Shown piece after piece: positions 37,761 to 42,756 of a stretch of DNA of 42,756 nt. Both the position numbers and the translations under genes were made by a program. The stretch covers positions 1 to 42,756 of the forward strand of contig JAPXOG010000002.1 in assembly GCA_033811555.1 (NCBI GenBank). Reading direction: 5' to 3'. This DNA is from Minisyncoccota bacterium. GTDB taxonomy: Bacteria; Patescibacteriota; Minisyncoccia; Phycocordibacterales; EsbW-18. The notes beneath the pieces were generated by a model. It was not told where the DNA came from and made no database searches. It was given only the letters and a program-made list of their open reading frames with translations. Every line of letters starts with the position of its first letter. Within the stretch, counting starts at the first letter, position 1.

Positions 37761-39536
37761 CTAATAACTCACGATCTGCATTAGTTCTTCTTTTTCCTGT
37801 TCAGAGAATCCTACTGTAGTACTAATCTCTTCTACAACCCTGACTGGGCTCAATATTTGCCAATACTCATCAATTGACTGTCTCACACCATTTGGAAATA
37901 CGAATTCTTTTTTTTCGTCTTCATAAACTATCCTATTATCATTTTTAAGTGTATCAATCATCTCAAAAAAAGATTCTTTAAAATCTATTACAGCCTGACT
38001 AAACGTTTTGAAATCCAAAGTTTTTAAATTAAGAACGTGTAAATCTTTAAGATTCAACAAATTTTTTATATGTTTTTGAGGACCTTCAAGTAAGCTAAAC
38101 CAATGAGGACCTATTTTTTCATAAACTGGATCTATACCCTTCTTAATTTTAATGGAATCATTATATTCTTTCACGTAACTTATAAGATCCTCTCCTGAAA
38201 CATCTGCTCCATTTCTAAAACCATAAAATATAATGTCTTCTTCTGCTTCTATTTCTGATCTTTTACCTATAGGAGAAACGGCAATAACTGACAAAAATTC
38301 TTTGGATACTTTCTTACCAAACCTAGAAAAAGCATCAAATATTGTACGAAGCGGAAGATTATAGAAATCCTGTACGATTTTATCTATAAATTTAGACCCA
38401 TCAATCACATTCCAATTACCATAAGGATTATTACTATATAAATCTGTAGATTTATCTTTAACCTCTGAAAAGGTTTTTTCAAATTCATTTGTTGCATCAA
38501 TACCTAAATTCATACATACCAGAAAAGCTTTAAGTCTATCCCACGGTTGTCTTATATTTTCGCACAATCCCAAAATTTCATCTTTATTCGGCGTATAACA
38601 TTTTTCTCTAATCCCCATCACTAAACGTTCAAATTTTCTAAATGTTGGTTCATTTTCAAATATCTTAGCAATCTCTTCTTCTGTAAGATCTGTATCACTA
38701 TCTTGAAATATGAAACGTTCTGCCGGAAATAAAGGTGGCCCGCTAAGTCCTTCTCCTCTTTCCTCTTCGGTTGAATCTTCGTCTTCTTCATGATTAAGTA
38801 CTCCTTCCCCTTTCTCTTCGACTAAATCTTCTTCTTCACCATCAGCATCATCTTCATAATAATGATGATACTCCGCTACTAAGATAGGCGGCTCGTTTGT
38901 ATCAGGAAAATAAAAAACAGATTCTTTATAACCAATCCCGCTATTCTCTGAAAACACATGCACTCCACGTAGCGCTTTAGATTCATCACTTACCGGACTT
39001 GGGTAAGTAAAACTATAATAACCGTGTGAGCCTCCACTCTCGATCGTCCATCCCTTAGGTCTAAGTCTCTCACGAAGTTCTTCAGAAATCTCAACTATAA
39101 TGCCGTATTCTCTAAGACGATCGACAATTTCCTCAAAATCACGTAGAGTTCTTTCTTTATAATATTTATAGTTAGACCACAATGGCCAAGTTTTTTCTGG
39201 AGCTATATCTATCGTTTCTGCAATGTGAGGTAAGGTGAGAGAAAGCGAAAATTCTCTGTCTATTTTATTTATAAATGCATCTGGTCTTCCTAATCCCCCT
39301 TCTACCTTCTTTAGATAACGATATCTCTCTTTTTTTATTCCATACTTTTTGTCAAAATCAAACCCCTCTGGTTCTATTTTAACGCGAGCTCCTTTCTCTA
39401 TGACCTCAATCACTTTATTATTCCATTCTAAAAACCTCTCTTTTTCTTTTCCTAGAACATCTTCAAAAGACACTACTACTTCCTCTTTTTGATTTTCGTT
39501 ATTATTCTTGTTATTTTCAAAGTCTCCAAATGTCAT
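37761..39536 (-). CDS. Large acidic hypothetical protein, 591 aa
   Basis: The ORF is open with native AT-rich composition. The ATG at 39536 (MTFGDFENNKNN) is preferred over 39620. Two globular halves are joined by an Asp/Glu-rich linker. No motif is recognised. Confidence 0.6.
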   Translation of the reverse strand: MTFGDFENNKNNNENQKEEVVVSFEDVLGKEKERFLEWNNKVIEVIEKGARVKIEPEGFDFDKKYGIKKERYRYLKKVEGGLGRPDAFINKIDREFSLSLTLPHIAETIDIAPEKTWPLWSNYKYYKERTLRDFEEIVDRLREYGIIVEISEELRERLRPKGWTIESGGSHGYYSFTYPSPVSDESKALRGVHVFSENSGIGYKESVFYFPDTNEPPILVAEYHHYYEDDADGEEEDLVEEKGEGVLNHEEDEDSTEEERGEGLSGPPLFPAERFIFQDSDTDLTEEEIAKIFENEPTFRKFERLVMGIREKCYTPNKDEILGLCENIRQPWDRLKAFLVCMNLGIDATNEFEKTFSEVKDKSTDLYSNNPYGNWNVIDGSKFIDKIVQDFYNLPLRTIFDAFSRFGKKVSKEFLSVIAVSPIGKRSEIEAEEDIIFYGFRNGADVSGEDLISYVKEYNDSIKIKKGIDPVYEKIGPHWFSLLEGPQKHIKNLLNLKDLHVLNLKTLDFKTFSQAVIDFKESFFEMIDTLKNDNRIVYEDEKKEFVFPNGVRQSIDEYWQILSPVRVVEEISTTVGFSEQEKEELMQIVSY

Positions 39537-39710
39537 AATAATCGTTTTATATTTAATAATATTAATAATATATGTACAATACAACTTCACCAATAAAAAT
39601 GCTATCTCACTTATGAACATGCCAAGAACAAGGTACGCTAATCCTACTTCTTAATTATCAAGTAATTCCTTGACTTATTTGGAAAATTATGTACTTTACA
39701 GAAAGGTGTA

Positions 39711-39739
39711 CTCGGCAGTTATGGTAACTGCTGAGTTTT
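39711..39739 (+). promoter_or_regulatory. 5' leader hairpin plus U4 immediately upstream of the SD of the 161-aa ORF
   Basis: CTCGGCAGTTA-tgg-TAACTGCTGAG (11 bp, one G-U), then TTTT, then AAGAAGGAGGG, then ATG at 39754. Confidence 0.4.
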
Positions 39740-39753
39740 AAGAAGGAGGGATT

Positions 39754-40239
39754 ATGAGTAGTAGGAATGGAACTTTAGCGTTAAGTATTTTCTCGGCGAT
39801 CGTAGCCGGGAAAGCTATTCAGTGCGAGAAGTGTGGTCTTGCCCGGACTTCTCCCGAGTTCCAGGATGCGCTGTGGCGCCTAATGGCGCGTATGGGACTC
39901 GTCACCGAAAGGATTGACGAGTTCTTAATGGCCATCCTGGAGCCATGCGTGGCGGAGCGCGAGCGCCAGCTTGCGCTAATCCCGCAGGAGGAGCAGGAGC
40001 ACTACTCCATCCAGGTCCTCTGCGCTCGGATTCGCCATCGAACCGAGCGCGACAAGCTCACCATAGGTGAGCTGGAGGACATTTTCGTTGGGGATGTTCG
40101 CGGAAGTGGCATCCCCGAGGAAACGATCCGAGCCTTTGTACGACGACTCTGCAACGTCGTCGTACGACAGGACTCGGATGCTCGCCGGCTTCTTCGGCAA
40201 GCGCGCAAGAAGGCTTCGGCCTTCTCGTTCCCCTGCTGA
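39754..40239 (+). CDS. Hypothetical protein, 161 aa, strongly G+C-rich
   Basis: AAGGAGGG lies 3 nt upstream of the ATG. Codons are G/C-ending, a GC hairpin follows the stop, and no family is recognised. Confidence 0.6.
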   Translation: MSSRNGTLALSIFSAIVAGKAIQCEKCGLARTSPEFQDALWRLMARMGLVTERIDEFLMAILEPCVAERERQLALIPQEEQEHYSIQVLCARIRHRTERDKLTIGELEDIFVGDVRGSGIPEETIRAFVRRLCNVVVRQDSDARRLLRQARKKASAFSFPC

Positions 40240-40245
40240 CAACAT

Positions 40246-40270
40246 AGCCGCGCCTCCTGGAGGCGCGGCT
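40246..40270 (+). terminator. GC-rich hairpin after the 161-aa ORF (no clear U-tract)
   Basis: AGCCGCGCCT-ccugg-AGGCGCGGCT, starting 7 nt after the TGA. Confidence 0.4.
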
Positions 40271-40290
40271 AAAACTTATCTCTGAAATCC

Positions 40291-40326
40291 TTAGAAGCTT
40301 AACTTCTAAGGAAGTTAAGCTTCTAA
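40291..40326 (+). repeat. Palindromic element copy 2 (intergenic)
   Basis: TTAGAAGCTTAACTTC-taag-GAAGTTAAGCTTCTAA: a perfect 16-bp inverted repeat with the same core as the recG copy. Confidence 0.9.
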
Positions 40327-40387
40327 TATTTTAAACAGTTGCATTTTATCCAAAGCAATATCACAATAACATTGGCGTATACAGTAT

Positions 40388-40462
40388 GCGCGTGTAGCTC
40401 AACGGTAGAGCAGCCGTCTTATACACGGCCGGTTCTAGGTTCGAATCCTAGCACGCGCACCA
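40388..40462 (+). tRNA. tRNA-Ile(UAU), CCA encoded
   Basis: The acceptor stem GCGCGUG/CACGCGC and discriminator A are identical to those of tRNA-Ile(GAU). The anticodon stem is GCCGU/ACGGC with loop CUUAUAC, giving anticodon UAU. The T arm is CUAGGUUCGAAUCCUAG, followed by the 3' CCA. Confidence 0.85.
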
Positions 40463-40468
40463 ATAAAA

Positions 40469-41656
40469 ATGATAACAAACAGAAGACGGCAAGGAGCACT
40501 CATGATGTTGTGGAGCGGACTCGTTCTGCTTGTTTTTGGAACCCTGTGGATCGTTAACAACGACAACGCTTATCTAAAGGCCGCTCGATTAGGCGGTGAT
40601 TATCTAACAAGTCACCAACACGACGACGGATCTTTTGATTATCAATACAATCCTGTAACAGGAAAAAAATCTTCTACTTACAACATACTTCGACACGCAG
40701 GGACTACTTATTCTCTCCTTGAGTTATATGAAGCAACGGGTAACAAAAAATATATAAACGCAGCTGAACGTGCTTTGCTTTATCTTGAAAACAGCACGAT
40801 GGTTTGTCCAGACATGAATGACGCTCTGTGTATTGAAGAGAAAAATGAAATAAAATTAGGAGGAAATGCTTTGGCGATACTTGCCCTTTCAAAATACATT
40901 TCTCTTACTAACTCTCTAAACGAACAACATCACTATCTTCCACTTGCTCAAAAACTCGCGCTCTTTATTATCAACACTCAGGCACAAAATGGAGAATTCA
41001 AGAAGCACTTATTAAAAGCAGATACCGGAGAGCCGACCTCGTTTGTATCAGAGTATTATCCTGGAGAGGCTATTTTCGCACTTACGCGCCTTTACAAAAT
41101 AGACGGAGATACTCGTTGGATTGAATCAGCACACATAGGAGCTTTATGGCTCATTGAAGTTCGTGATGGAGAAGTTTCAGAAGATATTCTCAATCATGAT
41201 CACTGGCTTTTATATGGACTTAATGAGTTATATACGCATAGACCTGAAGAAATATATCTCTCTCATGCGAAAAAAATTGTAAAATCAATAGTTGCAAAGC
41301 AACATGTAAATAAAAAAGACGACAAGAAAGAATGGAACGGTGGTTTTTATAACCCTCCTCGTTCAACACCAACTGCAACACGAGCGGAAGGTCTTGGTGC
41401 CGCATATTGGCTGTTTACTAACGCAGGAGATACAGGACAAGCACACTTAGCTCTGGAAGCAATGCGCAATGCAATTGAATTTCAACTGCGAACTCAAATG
41501 ACAGCGCATCAAGCAAAGAAACTGGGAGCTCACAAAGATGGTATAGGAGGATTTTTTGAGAGTTTGGATAGTTACAACATTCGCATTGATTATGTTCAAC
41601 ACAACATATCCGCATTGTTGGCTTTTGATCTAATAACGAAATCTAAAACTAAATAG
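40469..41656 (+). CDS. Membrane-anchored (alpha/alpha)6-toroid-like protein (prenyltransferase / terpene-cyclase-like repeats)
   Basis: The N-terminus is RRR followed by a TM helix. The segment 'HQHDDGSFDYQY...ILRHAGTTYSLLELYEATGNKKYINAAERALLYL', with recurrent aromatic/Gly repeats, suggests an alpha-toroid fold. The functional call is weak. An alternative start is at 40502. Confidence 0.5.
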   Translation: MITNRRRQGALMMLWSGLVLLVFGTLWIVNNDNAYLKAARLGGDYLTSHQHDDGSFDYQYNPVTGKKSSTYNILRHAGTTYSLLELYEATGNKKYINAAERALLYLENSTMVCPDMNDALCIEEKNEIKLGGNALAILALSKYISLTNSLNEQHHYLPLAQKLALFIINTQAQNGEFKKHLLKADTGEPTSFVSEYYPGEAIFALTRLYKIDGDTRWIESAHIGALWLIEVRDGEVSEDILNHDHWLLYGLNELYTHRPEEIYLSHAKKIVKSIVAKQHVNKKDDKKEWNGGFYNPPRSTPTATRAEGLGAAYWLFTNAGDTGQAHLALEAMRNAIEFQLRTQMTAHQAKKLGAHKDGIGGFFESLDSYNIRIDYVQHNISALLAFDLITKSKTK

Positions 41657-41660
41657 TTAT

Positions 41661-41975
41661 TTAACTTTTTATAGGTCTTTCTGAAATCTTCAAGATGACA
41701 TTAAAATCGTCATCTTTTTCGGTTTTATTTCTTCTTTCAAAATTACAACTGATGCATCGATGAACTATCATGTAATCTCTCCCTCGAAGCTCTATTCCTA
41801 CAGGTTCCATAAGACCTCCACAAGATTCTTGCCTGTCTCCAGGATTAATATCAACGTGCTTACTCCACAAACATTTAGGACAATGATTCGTATATCCATT
41901 CCCGCGCACAAAAAATCCGCACTGTTCGCATTCGAAATCCTCTTTCTTTCTCTGAAATCGTTTGTGTAAATTCAT
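41661..41975 (-). CDS. RNHCP domain-containing zinc-ribbon protein
   Basis: 'FECEQCGFFVRGNGYTNHCPKCLWSKHVD...GGLMEPV...HRCISCNFERRNK' matches the RNHCP domain pattern. Confidence 0.8.
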   Translation of the reverse strand: MNLHKRFQRKKEDFECEQCGFFVRGNGYTNHCPKCLWSKHVDINPGDRQESCGGLMEPVGIELRGRDYMIVHRCISCNFERRNKTEKDDDFNVILKISERPIKS

Positions 41976-42007
41976 AAAACAAAGTAGCGGGCGCCACGCG
42001 CGCCCGC
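41976..42007 (-). terminator. Intrinsic terminator after the 66-aa ORF
   Basis: GCGGGCGC-gcgug-GCGCCCGC begins 1 nt after the stop and is followed by UACUUUGUUUU, which abuts the RNHCP ATG. Confidence 0.6.
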
Positions 42008-42008
42008 C

Positions 42009-42209
42009 TCACACAAGTTCCTTGAGGGCTCTAAATACATCTTCCCATTTGAGCCCCCATTTTCTCTCCAGAACATAAACTGTTCGCAAAGAAGCCGCAA
42101 ACAACTCTGGAGATAAATCCCTCTTGACTAACTCCCTCTGAACTATCTTAGCTTCTGCAGATAGTCCAGGAGGAATACAGAATCTTAAAATCTTGGCTTC
42201 CGTTTCCAT
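42009..42209 (-). CDS. Hypothetical protein, 66 aa
   Basis: Begins METEAKILRFCIPPGLSAEAK. GGGAGGAGG lies 5 nt upstream of the ATG, and the ORF has its own consensus promoter and terminator. Confidence 0.55.
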   Translation of the reverse strand: METEAKILRFCIPPGLSAEAKIVQRELVKRDLSPELFAASLRTVYVLERKWGLKWEDVFRALKELV

Positions 42210-42242
42210 TGTAGCCTCCTCCCTATAATTTATCTGTTTTCA

Positions 42243-42271
42243 ACTATACAGGAAAATAGAGCTGAAGTCAA
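42243..42271 (-). promoter_or_regulatory. Sigma70-type promoter of the 66-aa ORF
   Basis: The minus strand reads TTGACT, a 17-nt spacer, then TATAGT, about 35 nt upstream of the ATG. Confidence 0.55.
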
Positions 42272-42286
42272 TAACCTTAACCGCTT

Positions 42287-42625
42287 CTATGAAAATTTTG
42301 ACTTCCCTATATTAGCAATTCTATTTTTAGCAACCTCTTTAATAAGATCCTTCAGGGTGAACTCAAATCCTGAAAATTTTTCGTCATTAGCTGTAACAAA
42401 ACCGCTCTCTTTAAGCTTAAGGATTATAAACTCTGATTCTGAAACTATATAATTCGGAGGAATAGAGTATTTATCAACTACTTCTTCTATTCCTTTTATA
42501 AGTTTCGCCAAACGACCCTCCAAACCCTCTTTTTCTTTCTCCCCTTGAGGGGTTGATATTTCTCTAACTACATCCCCTTCTTCTTCTCTAACTCCTTCAT
42601 CGTTATAAAATTGTTCTTTTATCAT
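42287..42625 (-). CDS. Hypothetical acidic protein, 112 aa
   Basis: Open ORF with native AT-rich composition. No SD and no recognised motif. Confidence 0.5.
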   Translation of the reverse strand: MIKEQFYNDEGVREEEGDVVREISTPQGEKEKEGLEGRLAKLIKGIEEVVDKYSIPPNYIVSESEFIILKLKESGFVTANDEKFSGFEFTLKDLIKEVAKNRIANIGKSKFS

Positions 42626-42654
42626 ATTTATTATATTTAAAATAATAAATTAAA

Positions 42655-42756
42655 TTATACCTTCTTATCTACACCTTTAGCAACTATTCCGTGAGAGAGC
42701 AAAATTGCCTCAAATTCTTCCTGTTCTAAAGTTTCTTTTTCAAGAAGGTGCGCAAC
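42655..42756 (-). CDS. C-terminal 33 codons of a gene running off the right edge, FtsH-like tail
   Basis: My own translation gives VAHLLEKETLEQEEFEAILLSHGIVAKGVDKKV*. The 'LLEKETL..EEF' pattern is typical of FtsH C-termini. The fragment is too short to be sure. Confidence 0.45.
   Translation of the reverse strand, partial: VAHLLEKETLEQEEFEAILLSHGIVAKGVDKKV

Noticed and set aside
40469-40502. The alternative start at 40502 (AAGGAG 6 nt upstream) for the alpha-toroid-like protein
   Set aside because: The longer form begins with an RRR-containing n-region followed by the TM helix, which is the expected signal-anchor layout. The shorter form lacks any positive n-region. I keep 40502 as a possible alternative only.

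Overview
This is a compact, AT-rich bacterial chromosome segment. Its style suggests a Candidate Phyla Radiation / Patescibacteria (Parcubacteria-like) genome, which is an inference: very short intergenic gaps, an unlinked 16S rRNA carrying an expansion segment, a secreted LTD/PKD protein, a lone VirD4-like ATPase, an O-antigen-ligase/TPR membrane protein and many ORFans. Most genes lie on the minus strand. Recognisable housekeeping genes are obg, a MYG1-family protein, secA, murB, rsmI, murC, alr and recG, plus an FtsH-like C-terminal fragment at the right edge. A surface-glycan cluster of about 11 kb spans 9.8-21.1 kb (ligase-like protein, flippase, three methyltransferases, four glycosyltransferases, one epimerase/dehydratase). 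RNA genes are one 16S rRNA (minus strand, no 23S or 5S in the window), tRNA-Leu(CAG), tRNA-Ile(GAU) and a rare tRNA-Ile(UAU). A 645-codon AAA+ ATPase ORF at the left edge is missing from the supplied ORF track because it is truncated by the window edge.

Main observations worth a second look:
1. The 16S 3' tail has no CCUCC anti-Shine-Dalgarno core, and confident housekeeping starts have no SD. Seven small or medium ORFans nevertheless carry textbook AAGGAGG sites. Several of these also have their own promoter or GC-hairpin terminator and are visibly richer in G+C than their flanks.
2. A perfect palindromic element (GAAGCTTAACTTC core) occurs twice: once in frame inside recG, and once next to tRNA-Ile(UAU).
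3. A 31-aa lysine-rich micro-ORF upstream of secA is built from four perfect 15-bp tandem repeats.
4. An unclassified GC-rich structured RNA followed by a terminator lies between obg and the AAA+ ATPase gene.
5. Two CDS start 1-6 nt after a tRNA 3' end.

No CRISPR array, transposase, integrase or reverse transcriptase is visible. All calls were made by eye with no computation. Coordinates of non-ORF features may be off by 1-2 nt.
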